DNA of 64,000 nucleotides from Ostreococcus lucimarinus (Eukaryota), in assembly GCA_000092065.1 (NCBI GenBank), contig CP000588.1; one strand, 5' to 3'. Below the pieces are notes generated by a model. That model was not told where the DNA came from and ran no database searches. It was given only the letters and a program-made list of their open reading frames with translations. The translations under genes and the position numbers were made by a program. Positions 47,384-57,360 of the stretch are shown here, one piece after another. Numbering within the stretch: position 1 is the stretch's first letter; every line of letters begins with the position of its first letter.

Positions 47384-50300
47384 ATGGCGACGACTCACGC
47401 GGTCGCACCTCGATTAACGACGTTCCTGCGCGCCGCGCGCGGGTTGGACGACGTCGTGGATGTCGACGCCGAGCGCGCGAGACGGAACGAAACGCTGCGT
47501 ACAACGACGAGGCGCGACGCGACGACGGACGACACGCCGAGCGTGCGGCTGGCGCGACGCGTGCTGCGATGCGAGGACGGTCGCGAGGCGAAGGATGTCG
47601 TCAAGACGTGTCGAGCGTTCGTGAGCGTGGTCGTGCGCATGCTCGGGAGCGACACGATGACGGAGACGGAGTCGGGGGACGCGGCGGCGAGCGCGTGGGA
47701 CGCGGCGAGCGGATTCGTGGAAGTCATCGCGAACGAACGACGAGCTGTGGAATCCGAGCGAGGGTACGTCGCGGATCACGAGACCGCGAGAAAGATTTTT
47801 GAAGTGCGCGAGCGGGAGGTGCGGAAGGACATGATGGAGGCGCTGCGAGGCGCGCTCGGGCCGGTGGAAGCAAACGCGCCTACGGTTCGCGAATTCGAGA
47901 GTCTCGTCGAGGATCTTTTGCGCATGCGGGGCGAATTCGATGAGTTTCACACGCTGCAAAGTACGCTCGATGCAGAGCCGACAACGTCTGGGAGGATCTT
48001 TGGACAGAACATTAAATTCAAGCGCGCCGGAGACGCGCAACCGAGCGATCGAATTCGAGATTTGAAACGCGCGATGAAAACGAATTTGAGCGAGGCGAGC
48101 GAAGCGGAGCGCCTGCGAATCGAATCGGAGAGAATGGCGCACCCCGATGAGCGTATGAGTGGGTTCGGTGAGCCAGAGCACGTAGAGAGCGATGCGACGA
48201 CCCAGCTCACGTGGTTGAAGAGACAGTGCGAAGGTTTTGTTGCAAACAGCGCGCACGCGCTCGATCAGACGTGGGAAGCCGTCGCGGGTACGGTGGGGCG
48301 GGCAATTATGAATGCGTCGAGCTCGGATGACGAGTGCGCCGCTGAACTTTACGAATATCTGGGTGACTACGGGTTCGAGCTCATCGCGGGAGTGGTTGAA
48401 CGCCGCACGGTGCTCACGAGCGCCATCAAAAACCGGGCGCAGTTACTTCGAGATGCGCTAAACGCTCAAAGTGGCGCCGATAGAGCTGGACCATCTATCA
48501 CTCGTGTTGTTACGATTACGAGCACCTTGGATAAACAACTTGAAAAGGCTCGGAGAAAAGAAGAACGCAAAGCTAATCGCAAGCTTGCCTCTGGATCGGG
48601 CGCCAGCATTATGGAATGGCTTCAAGCCGTGGGTGTAGGTTTCGACGCTTTATGTGAAGGTGATTGGGAAAACCAGCAAGCACCTTCGTCATCAAGTAAT
48701 CCAGACGATATTCTTGCCGGTTTGCGAGGTCTTGGACGAGGTATGGATGGTGGGCGCAAAGCGTTGCCGCCAGGGACCACGCGCATCGTTCATCCAGAAG
48801 GGTACGAAGAGATCTCTGTACCGGCGCGAGAGCCAGATCCCGTGGCCGCTGGTGAGCGTTCTGTAGCGATTGAAGAGCTCGATGAGTGGGCGCAGCCCGC
48901 GTTTCAAGGCATCAGAATGCTCAATAGGATCCAAAGCAAGATTTTCCCGCAGGCGTACCACACCAACGAAAACTTACTCGTGTGCGCGCCGACGGGAGCC
49001 GGGAAGACGAACATCGCCATGCTAACCGTCTTACACGAAATCGGTCTTCACATAGATGAGAACGGCGACTACCTTCCAGAGGATTTCAAGATTGTCTACG
49101 TGGCACCCATGAAAGCGCTCGCGGCTGAAGTTACGGATGCATTTAGCAGAAGACTTGCACCTCTTGACATAGTCGTTGCCGAGCTCACGGGCGATACGCA
49201 AATGAGTAAACGCGAGCTCGAGGAGACACAAATGATCGTGACGACACCCGAGAAATGGGATGTCATCACACGAAAAGGCGGAGAAGTTTCTGTGGCGAGT
49301 ACTTTACGTTTACTCATCATTGATGAGGTGCACTTGTTGAATGACGAGCGGGGGCCGGTGATTGAAACGCTCGTCGCCCGTACTCTTCGTCAAGTCGAAC
49401 AAACTCAGAGTATGATACGGATTGTCGGTCTTTCTGCGACGCTGCCGAATCCCGTAGATGTGGCTCGATTCTTAGGCGTCAACAATGACGCCGGTTTGTT
49501 CGTTTTTGATCAGTCGTACCGGCCGATCCCATTGACGCAAAAGTTTATCGGGGTCACAGAGAAAAACTCGATGAAACGGCAAACACTCATGGCGCAGATT
49601 GCGTACAACAAAGCGTGTGAAGCGTTGAGAAATGGCAAACAAGCCATGGTCTTTGTACATAGCCGGAAGGATACAGTCAAGACGGCGAAGCAACTCGCTG
49701 AGTTTGCCGCTGCGCAGGATGGTATGGAACTCTTCTCCAACAACCAACACGAGCGCAAGGCTGAGTTCGCGCAACAAGTGTCACGAAGTCGGAATAACGA
49801 GTTGAAAGATCTGTTTCTCAAAGGACTAGGCTGTCACAACGCAGGTATGCTTAGAGCGGACCGTTCATTGACGGAAAAACTTTTCGCCGCCGGACTCATT
49901 AAAGTTCTAGTGTGTACGGCAACATTGGCGTGGGGTGTGAACTTGCCCGCGCACATCGTCGTCATCAAAGGCACGCAGCTTTACGACCCTCAACGCGGTG
50001 GCTTCAGGAATCTCGGTGTTTTAGATGTGCAACAAATTTTCGGTCGTGCAGGGCGACCAGGTTTTGACACTTCGGGCGAGGGTGTCATCGTCACCGAGCA
50101 CAAAAATTTGGCGCATTACGTGTCCATGCTCACGCATTCGACACCGATTGAATCACAATTTGTGAGCAACTTGGCTGATAATTTGAACGCCGAAGTGACT
50201 CTCGGTACAGTTACGAACGTGCGCGAAGGCGCGCAGTGGTTGGGATACTCTTACCTACACACGCGTATGGAGAAGAACCCACTCGCCTATGGTCTGACGT

Positions 50301-53300
50301 GGGACGACATTCGTCTTGATCCAGGCTTACTAGACCACCGCAGAAAACTCATCAAAGAAGCTGCAAGGGTTTTAGATCGTGCGAAAATGATTCGATTCGA
50401 CGAGCGGAGTGGACAGCTTTATCAAACCGAAGCTGGCCGTACGGCGAGTCACTTTTACATACGAGTCAATTCTATGGAAGTTTTCGATGGTTTGATGCAC
50501 AGACACATGACGCTGCCGGACATCTTTCACATGATTTCCCATTCGAGCGAGTTCGAAAACATAGTTCCCAGAGAAGATGAAATTCCTGAGTTGGAGACAT
50601 TGCGACGCAACCGCCGCGTGGTGCCGATTGACATCAAAGCCTCGCTCACAGACAAAGTAGGCAAAGTCAATTTACTCTTGCAAGTCTACATCTCTCGTGC
50701 GAGCATGCAATCTTTTTCTCTTATTGCCGATAGCATGTACATTTCGCAGAATGCGAGCAGAATTTGTCGCGCACTGTTTGAGTTATGCTTACGACGTGGC
50801 TGGCCGTCGCTCGCGGAACAATTGCTCACGGTGAGTAAATCGTGTGATTTGAGAATATGGCCGCATCAACACGAGCTTCGACAATTTGAAAAGTCGCTCA
50901 AGCCCGAAGTTTTGTTTAAGCTCGAAGAGAAGAAAGCCACTTTGGATCGTTTATGGGATATGAGTGCGAGTGAGATTGGCAGTATGTTGCGACTGAACAC
51001 TCAAATTGGTGGACAAGTCAAGTCGTGCATGCGCGCGATGCCGCATTTGAACATGACGGCTGTCGTGCAGCCCATCACGCGCTCCGTGTTACGAGTCTCT
51101 GTGACACTTACTCCTGAATTCGAATGGAGAGATGCAGTGCATGGTGCTCTTCAACGATGGCTGATCTGGGTCGAAGATCCGGTAAACGAGCACATATATC
51201 ACTCGGAAACTTTCAACTTGAGTAAAAAACAAAGCCGCGACGGGGCGCAATACTTGGCATTCACCATTCCCATTTTTGAGCCAGTGCCGCCGCAATATTT
51301 CTTGCGTGCCATGTCGGAAACCTGGCTCGGATGTGAATCTTTCGTCGAACTAAACTTCCAGCACCTCATCTTACCTGAAGAACATCCACCGCACACAGAA
51401 TTACTCGATCTTGATCCTCTCCCGCGATCAGCTTTGAACAATCCAGTGTATGAGTCGATGTACGAGGGGAAGTTTACGCACTTCAATGCCATTCAAACGC
51501 AAGCGTTTCACACGCTCTATCATACCGATACGAACGTTCTCCTTGGTGCGCCGACAGGCTCCGGTAAGACGATTTCGGCCGAGCTATCGATGATGAAAGT
51601 TTTCCGTGATTCTCCTGGTTCAAAAGTCGTCTACATTGCACCGCTCAAGGCTTTGGTTCGAGAACGCATCAAGGACTGGAGAAAGAATTTGTGCCCGACG
51701 CTCGGCTTGCGCATGGTCGAGCTCACAGGTGATTACACGCCAGATCTTCGAGCGCTTCTTCAGGCCGATATCATCGTTAGTACTCCGGAAAAGTGGGATG
51801 GCATCAGTCGTAACTGGCAAAGTCGCGCGTACGTCACCAAGGTTGCGCTCGTCGTTATTGATGAGATTCACTTGTTGGCGAGCGACAGAGGTCCTATTTT
51901 GGAAGTCATCGTGTCTCGTATGCGATACATCTCTGCGCGAACGGGTTCAAATGTTCGTATCGTTGGTTTGTCAACAGCGTTGGCGAACGCGCGTGATCTC
52001 GGAGATTGGCTCGGCATTGACAAGGAAGGTTTGTTCAACTTTCGACCGTCGGTGCGCCCGGTACCGCTCGAATGTCATATTCAAGGCTTTCCGGGTAAAT
52101 TTTACTGCCCGCGCATGATGACGATGAATAAGCCAACGTACGCGGCTATTCGCACGCATAGTCCTGAAAAGCCGACGCTTGTTTTCGTGTCGAGTCGACG
52201 ACAAACGCGCCTGACAGCGTTGGATTTGATCGCGTACGCTGCCGCGGACGAGCGCCCGGATGGCTTCGTGCACATGAGCGACGACGAGTTAACGATGCAC
52301 TTGAGTAAAGTCAAAGATCCAGCGTTGAAGCACACCTTACAATTTGGCATTGGTCTACACCACGCCGGTTTAACGCCAGAAGACCGAGAGTTATGCGAAG
52401 AGCTTTTCGCACAATGCAAGATACAAGTGTTGGTGACGACGTCAACGCTCGCGTGGGGCGTCAACTTGCCTGCGCACTTGGTCGTAATCAAGGGCACTGA
52501 ATATTTTGACGGCAAAACGAAGCGTTACCAAGACTTTCCCATTACAGATGTTCTTCAAATGATGGGTCGAGCGGGGCGACCGCAGTTCGATAAGTCTGGG
52601 TGCTGCGTCATTCTAGTACACGAGCCTAAAAAGACGTTTTACAAGAAATTTCTCTACGAGCCTTTTCCAGTTGAATCGAGCTTGGCAGAAAACTTATGCG
52701 ACCATTTCAACGCCGAAATCGTGAGTGGCACAATAAAGACTAAGCAGGACGCAGTCGATTACTTGACGTGGACTTACTTTTTCCGTCGCTTGCTCAAAAA
52801 TCCCACTTACTACAACTTGGATACCATTCAAACAGATAACTTGAATGAATACCTCAGCGATTTGGTCGAGAACGCTTTGGAGTTATTGGAGGACGCTCGT
52901 TGCATTGCAATCGATGAAGAAGACGATGGGTTGGAGCCTTTGATGTTAGGACGTGTCGCATCGTATTACTACCTACAGTACCCGTCCGTCGCACTTTTCG
53001 CGTCGAATATCAAGGCGAATAGTTCACTTGAATCATTGCTGGAAACGTTGTGCGGTGTGGCAGAATACGATGAACTACCCGTTCGTCACAACGAAGACAA
53101 GCTCAACACGGAGTTGGCAGAAGTTGTGGCTGATGCCGGTGGTTTCCAAGTCGACATTCGTCTGGCTGAGGACCCGCACGTGAAGACATCTTTGCTTTTC
53201 CAATGCCACTTCTTGCGGCTACCGCTACCTCTGAGTGATTATTACACGGACACAAAGAGCGTCCTCGATCAGGCGATTCGTATTTTACAAGCGATGATTG

Positions 53301-54046
53301 ACGTCACTTCCGATGCTGGTTGGCTACACACCGCACTGAGCACGATGAATTTGATGCAGATGATTATGCAGGGTAGAATGATTACCGATTCTTCGTTGTT
53401 GACGCTTCCGCACATCGAACGCAGACACTTGAGAAACCTTGAGAAACACGGCTTGTCTATTTTACCTCAGTTGATGGATCTATGCTCTTCCAACAAGCAA
53501 CAGGCGCGTCGAGTTCTCTCAGAATGTGGTATCAACGGTCGTAAAATTGATCAAGTCGTCGATTTATGTCTGAGACTTCCGGTGATTGACGCCAAGGCGA
53601 CGACGGAGACGACCAAAGGCATCAATGGTGAGAAGACGGTACACGTAAAGCTTCGACGTATCGGCAAGAAATGCGGTTCGAAGGCACCGACGTCGTATAC
53701 ACCGCGCTTTCCGAAAATAAAAGAAGAAGGTTGGTGGATAGTCGTTGGAGACACCGCGAATGATGAACTGTTGGCGCTGAGACGAATATCGTTTGGTGAT
53801 GCTGCTAACGTCAAGCTGAAATGTCCATCCGGCTCGTCTTCACGCGCACGCCCCGATTTGGTGGTGTTTTTGATGTCTGACTCATACATCGGACTTGATC
53901 AAGAAGTCAAGATTGACTCAAACACGATGGTTGATGAAGATTCGAGCGATGAATTTGCTGAAGACGACGATACATTTTGGGCTTTGCCCCCTGACTCGAC
54001 TGAGCCTTTCTGGCTAGGTGAAGGTGAAAACACGCTACTAACGTGA
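47384..54046 (+). CDS. BRR2: U5 snRNP 200-kDa helicase Brr2 (SNRNP200), with two Ski2-like helicase and Sec63 cassettes.
   Basis: Cassette 1 has LLVCAPTGAGKTNIAML, DEVHLLNDERGPVIE, SATLPN and QIFGRAGRPGFD. Cassette 2 has VLLGAPTGSGKTISAEL, DEIHLLASDRGPILE and QMMGRAGRPQFD. Sec63 domains follow each cassette. It is a single uninterrupted 2220-aa ORF. Confidence 0.9.
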   Translation: MATTHAVAPRLTTFLRAARGLDDVVDVDAERARRNETLRTTTRRDATTDDTPSVRLARRVLRCEDGREAKDVVKTCRAFVSVVVRMLGSDTMTETESGDAAASAWDAASGFVEVIANERRAVESERGYVADHETARKIFEVREREVRKDMMEALRGALGPVEANAPTVREFESLVEDLLRMRGEFDEFHTLQSTLDAEPTTSGRIFGQNIKFKRAGDAQPSDRIRDLKRAMKTNLSEASEAERLRIESERMAHPDERMSGFGEPEHVESDATTQLTWLKRQCEGFVANSAHALDQTWEAVAGTVGRAIMNASSSDDECAAELYEYLGDYGFELIAGVVERRTVLTSAIKNRAQLLRDALNAQSGADRAGPSITRVVTITSTLDKQLEKARRKEERKANRKLASGSGASIMEWLQAVGVGFDALCEGDWENQQAPSSSSNPDDILAGLRGLGRGMDGGRKALPPGTTRIVHPEGYEEISVPAREPDPVAAGERSVAIEELDEWAQPAFQGIRMLNRIQSKIFPQAYHTNENLLVCAPTGAGKTNIAMLTVLHEIGLHIDENGDYLPEDFKIVYVAPMKALAAEVTDAFSRRLAPLDIVVAELTGDTQMSKRELEETQMIVTTPEKWDVITRKGGEVSVASTLRLLIIDEVHLLNDERGPVIETLVARTLRQVEQTQSMIRIVGLSATLPNPVDVARFLGVNNDAGLFVFDQSYRPIPLTQKFIGVTEKNSMKRQTLMAQIAYNKACEALRNGKQAMVFVHSRKDTVKTAKQLAEFAAAQDGMELFSNNQHERKAEFAQQVSRSRNNELKDLFLKGLGCHNAGMLRADRSLTEKLFAAGLIKVLVCTATLAWGVNLPAHIVVIKGTQLYDPQRGGFRNLGVLDVQQIFGRAGRPGFDTSGEGVIVTEHKNLAHYVSMLTHSTPIESQFVSNLADNLNAEVTLGTVTNVREGAQWLGYSYLHTRMEKNPLAYGLTWDDIRLDPGLLDHRRKLIKEAARVLDRAKMIRFDERSGQLYQTEAGRTASHFYIRVNSMEVFDGLMHRHMTLPDIFHMISHSSEFENIVPREDEIPELETLRRNRRVVPIDIKASLTDKVGKVNLLLQVYISRASMQSFSLIADSMYISQNASRICRALFELCLRRGWPSLAEQLLTVSKSCDLRIWPHQHELRQFEKSLKPEVLFKLEEKKATLDRLWDMSASEIGSMLRLNTQIGGQVKSCMRAMPHLNMTAVVQPITRSVLRVSVTLTPEFEWRDAVHGALQRWLIWVEDPVNEHIYHSETFNLSKKQSRDGAQYLAFTIPIFEPVPPQYFLRAMSETWLGCESFVELNFQHLILPEEHPPHTELLDLDPLPRSALNNPVYESMYEGKFTHFNAIQTQAFHTLYHTDTNVLLGAPTGSGKTISAELSMMKVFRDSPGSKVVYIAPLKALVRERIKDWRKNLCPTLGLRMVELTGDYTPDLRALLQADIIVSTPEKWDGISRNWQSRAYVTKVALVVIDEIHLLASDRGPILEVIVSRMRYISARTGSNVRIVGLSTALANARDLGDWLGIDKEGLFNFRPSVRPVPLECHIQGFPGKFYCPRMMTMNKPTYAAIRTHSPEKPTLVFVSSRRQTRLTALDLIAYAAADERPDGFVHMSDDELTMHLSKVKDPALKHTLQFGIGLHHAGLTPEDRELCEELFAQCKIQVLVTTSTLAWGVNLPAHLVVIKGTEYFDGKTKRYQDFPITDVLQMMGRAGRPQFDKSGCCVILVHEPKKTFYKKFLYEPFPVESSLAENLCDHFNAEIVSGTIKTKQDAVDYLTWTYFFRRLLKNPTYYNLDTIQTDNLNEYLSDLVENALELLEDARCIAIDEEDDGLEPLMLGRVASYYYLQYPSVALFASNIKANSSLESLLETLCGVAEYDELPVRHNEDKLNTELAEVVADAGGFQVDIRLAEDPHVKTSLLFQCHFLRLPLPLSDYYTDTKSVLDQAIRILQAMIDVTSDAGWLHTALSTMNLMQMIMQGRMITDSSLLTLPHIERRHLRNLEKHGLSILPQLMDLCSSNKQQARRVLSECGINGRKIDQVVDLCLRLPVIDAKATTETTKGINGEKTVHVKLRRIGKKCGSKAPTSYTPRFPKIKEEGWWIVVGDTANDELLALRRISFGDAANVKLKCPSGSSSRARPDLVVFLMSDSYIGLDQEVKIDSNTMVDEDSSDEFAEDDDTFWALPPDSTEPFWLGEGENTLLT

Positions 54047-54093
54047 ACGCGAAGCGGCTTAGCATTAGAAACCTGTTATTACTCACTTTTAGT

Positions 54094-55740
54094 CTAGTAA
54101 TAGTCCACCAAATCGTGGGCGTCGACGAGATCGTCATTGTCAAATCCTTCTTCGCTCGTCGGTTGTCTGTACTTGAGCACCAAACCGACCATGTCTTTCA
54201 CAGATTTCGGAAGGTCATTGAACACTTTGATGTTTTTCGCTGTCATGTGAGGATGTCTGTACGCTTCACGAGGCGTTGGTTGGTACCAAGTCGACCCAGT
54301 GTCGATGAAAAGACATGCTTCCAGCATCGGCTCCAATGCATATGTGTCGTTGTCGTCGACGAAGAATCGAACGCCCTGGCGCTCGTCGTCGCTGTGCACA
54401 TTTCGATTGTCTGTACGCACTCCGCGTTTGTACTGCATCTCTTGCTCATCGGGCTTCGGCTTGGCTAGAACGATCATAAGTGCCTTGCATGGATCACCAC
54501 TCTCGCGCTCGGTTGCGTCATCGAGACTCCAAGTGCTCTCTGAGATGTCGATTGCCTGCCACGGCTCGTCGCCCTCGCTCTTTGGCCGCTTTCGCCAAAA
54601 CTCGCGAGCGATATCGAATTCCCCGGCGACCTTGACTTGAATACCTTTGGAGGTGATGTTTACCCCAATGTCATCCGATTCAATCCAGAAAGGTAACTCG
54701 AATTCTATGGTGACTTCGTCGTTTGATTCCTTTATTTCATACACCTGCGTCAAACAACGCGCATAATCAGGGTCACCCTCGAAGACTTTTTTCCACTCTT
54801 CACCAATCTTTGCCTTGCGTATTTCAAACATGACGAATCGTTTGTCTTCCGTTTGCATGACCTCGATCGGGTACCTCGTATCCACGGGATTGGCCAAAAC
54901 TCTGTCGACGACGGCGAGCGAATCCTCGGGTTGAATCAAAATCGAGCCCGCATTGAATTCGAAGTGTAATTCTTTATCGGCGTAACCTGTGGGTATGTTC
55001 ACCGCCACGTACACAGAACGCATCGTTTGTGCCCACATGTAATGCTGCGCCAGACGAATGTCGTACTTTTTCTTGTGACGTCCATCTGGGTGATACAACT
55101 CTGCCGCGACTTCCTTGAACGTGCGCGTCGCTTGCAATTCGTGATCCGTCCTATAATTGGGATCTTCGCGCATCGCTCGTTCGGCATCGTCGATTCGTTT
55201 CTTTTCAAGTTCCTTCTCTCCGAGTTCTTTCGCCATCTTTCCATCCACGCGCTGCACGGGCCAATGCAATCCCACCGCGCCCTTCCAGTGCATCTTTCGT
55301 TCGCAAAAGTCGCAAAACAGCGCCGTGCACACGAAGCACTCGCGCGTGCTCGGTCGTCCACACACCTCACACAGCGTCACCAACTGCGTCGCCGCGCACA
55401 CATTTTCCAACCCCAGCCGTTCTATGTCGTCCAGCAGCGCGTCCTCCCCCCCCGGCGCTCGCGGCGTCACTCCTCTGATGAACCTATACTTGTGCTCCTT
55501 CATCAGCGCGTCGTACGTCGACCGCGCCTTGACATCGCTCAAGCACTCGTACGCCTTTCGAACCGCCGCAAAACTCTCCGCGCTCCCGCCTTTATCCGGA
55601 TGACACTCCCGCGCCCGTTTCGCGAACGCTCGCTTGATCTCCGCCGCGCTCGCCGACGCCTCCACCCCTAGCGCGCGATAATGCGCATCGCCCATCAAGT
55701 CATCCACCGACGCCCACGCGCGCGCGGCGTCCACCACCAT
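54094..55740 (-). CDS. DnaJ (J-domain) protein with two CS (p23/HSP20-like) domains.
   Basis: The J-domain is YRALGVEASASAAEIKRAFAKRARECHPDKGG, containing HPD. A Cys-rich segment (CEVCGRPSTRECFVCTALFCDFCERKMH) follows. Two CS-like beta-sandwich regions are present (YMWAQTMRSVYVAVNIP..., VTIEFELPFWIESDDIGVNITSKGIQVKV). The start is at MVVDAARAW, with the ATG at 55738-55740 on the minus strand. Confidence 0.65.
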   Translation of the reverse strand: MVVDAARAWASVDDLMGDAHYRALGVEASASAAEIKRAFAKRARECHPDKGGSAESFAAVRKAYECLSDVKARSTYDALMKEHKYRFIRGVTPRAPGGEDALLDDIERLGLENVCAATQLVTLCEVCGRPSTRECFVCTALFCDFCERKMHWKGAVGLHWPVQRVDGKMAKELGEKELEKKRIDDAERAMREDPNYRTDHELQATRTFKEVAAELYHPDGRHKKKYDIRLAQHYMWAQTMRSVYVAVNIPTGYADKELHFEFNAGSILIQPEDSLAVVDRVLANPVDTRYPIEVMQTEDKRFVMFEIRKAKIGEEWKKVFEGDPDYARCLTQVYEIKESNDEVTIEFELPFWIESDDIGVNITSKGIQVKVAGEFDIAREFWRKRPKSEGDEPWQAIDISESTWSLDDATERESGDPCKALMIVLAKPKPDEQEMQYKRGVRTDNRNVHSDDERQGVRFFVDDNDTYALEPMLEACLFIDTGSTWYQPTPREAYRHPHMTAKNIKVFNDLPKSVKDMVGLVLKYRQPTSEEGFDNDDLVDAHDLVDYY

Positions 55741-56015
55741 CGCGTCGCGCGCGTCGAATCGGCGCCTCTCCCGTCGAAAAAACCGACGCGTCGGTCCGCG
55801 TCGCGTCGGTCTCTGGCGCGTCGCCGCCCGCGCGGTCGCGCGAAAAGAAAACGAAAACGCACGCGCGATTGACCGTTTTTTTTTCAAAAAACCGTTTCAA
55901 AAATGCGTCAGAGAGTCGTTTGAATGCGCGCGTGCGAATGCGTCGCGCGTCGCGTCGAGTCGAACCGCGCGGACGCGTCGCGCGACCGCACTCGTCGACG
56001 ACGAAGCGTCGAGTC

Positions 56016-56050
<35 letters not shown>

Positions 56051-56051
<1 letters not shown>

Positions 56052-56617
56052 TGCGGTCGCGCGCGCTGCAGAGCCTGGAGAACGCGCGCGCGGTGCTCGA
56101 ACGCACGAACGAGACGTTGGGCAAGGCGGCGCGCGACCGCGGGAAGGAAAACGACGATGCGGCGCGCGAGGACGACGACGCGGGAGGCGCGATCGCGCTC
56201 GAGGTGGGTCTGAACGCGTTGCGCGTGAACGACGACGCGGACGACGCGAGACGCGCGCGGGGAGGCGCGGAAGGAGAGGAAACGTCGAGCGCGAGCGCGG
56301 AGGCGGCGCTTGACGCGTGCGTCGCGGACGTCGTCGATGACTGGTTGGGTGATCTCGATAGCGTCACCGCGGAGGTCGATCGCGTGAGTGGGTTGTCGCT
56401 GCAAACGCTGTACGCGTCTTTACGAGGAGATGAGGCGCTGGAGAAGTTGCGAGTAGACAAGAGCGCGTTGAAGCGTCGGTTGAGGCGATTCGACGTTCGC
56501 ATCTTGCGCACGACTGGGAGAAAGACGACGAGGGATGACAAGAAGCATTTGCGTCCGTTGTACGTGCGATTGGCGAAGATCAAAGACCTGATCGCCATTC
56601 GCGAGGCGGGAGGATAG
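56051..56617 (+). CDS. Hypothetical protein with a FAM13-like C-terminal motif.
   Basis: The C-terminus KSALKRRLRRFDVRILRTTGRKTTRDDKKHLRPLYVRLAKIKDLIA resembles the conserved FAM13 C-terminal block. The N-terminal half is acidic and low complexity. Confidence 0.35.
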
Positions 56618-56674
56618 CGCAAAGTAGAGGGACGATGAAGTAATATATTTTAGCGATAACAAGAGCGTGCGTAA

Positions 56675-57289
56675 TCATTCGTCGTTGCGCATTCCCGGCA
56701 CTCCATTCTCGAGATCCTCCAACCCGAGCGGTATCATCACCGCGTTTGCGCCAGTTGTATCCATTTTTGGCGTCTTGGGATTCTTCGGCAAATTCTCCCG
56801 AACGACGTCGCCAACGTTCCATTCGCTCAACAACTCTGCCACCGCATCCGTCTGTTCGATGTACTCCTCCTCGCTCAACGGGAAGCTCTTTTGGCCCAAA
56901 AACTTCCACATAATCTGTAAATAAATCTGGAGCTTATTGAAACGATCTCTTCGCTGACAAATTCGCGCGTCGTACAGGCGGCCGTAGCGCTTGAGTACCA
57001 TATTCCGCAACTCTTCCCCAGACATATCCCCGCCCCAGTTCAGCCCGTCCCCGGCGCTCGATCGCGACGACTTCCCGTCCATCTGATCCTCTAGCGCGCG
57101 CAAGAACGCGTCGTCGTCGTCGTCGTCCTCGTCGTTGACACGCGTGGCGTCACCGCTCGACGCACCAGCGCGCGCGATGACGACGACGTCAGCGCATCTC
57201 GACGGGCGTCGCGTCGCCCTGGCGCCGCGCCGCGCGCTAGACGTCGTCGACGCCGGCGTAAAACTTCGTGCGCACGTCGTGGAAAGCAT
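56675..57289 (-). CDS. Hypothetical protein with a transit-peptide-like N-terminus.
   Basis: The start is taken at MLSTTCARSFTPASTTSSARRG. The ORF-track start at 57364 would overlap the upstream gene's stop codon in an ATGA arrangement. A conserved-looking C-terminal block is present (GEELRNMVLKRYGRLYDARICQRRDRFNKLQIYLQIMWKFLGQKSFPLSEEEYIEQ). Confidence 0.4.
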   Translation of the reverse strand: MLSTTCARSFTPASTTSSARRGARATRRPSRCADVVVIARAGASSGDATRVNDEDDDDDDAFLRALEDQMDGKSSRSSAGDGLNWGGDMSGEELRNMVLKRYGRLYDARICQRRDRFNKLQIYLQIMWKFLGQKSFPLSEEEYIEQTDAVAELLSEWNVGDVVRENLPKNPKTPKMDTTGANAVMIPLGLEDLENGVPGMRNDE

Positions 57290-57360
57290 CACTGCGTCCG
57301 CTCGCGCGTCGGAGTGTGGCGGGGTGTCGCTAAGATAGATGTTTAACACAAGTGCGGCGT

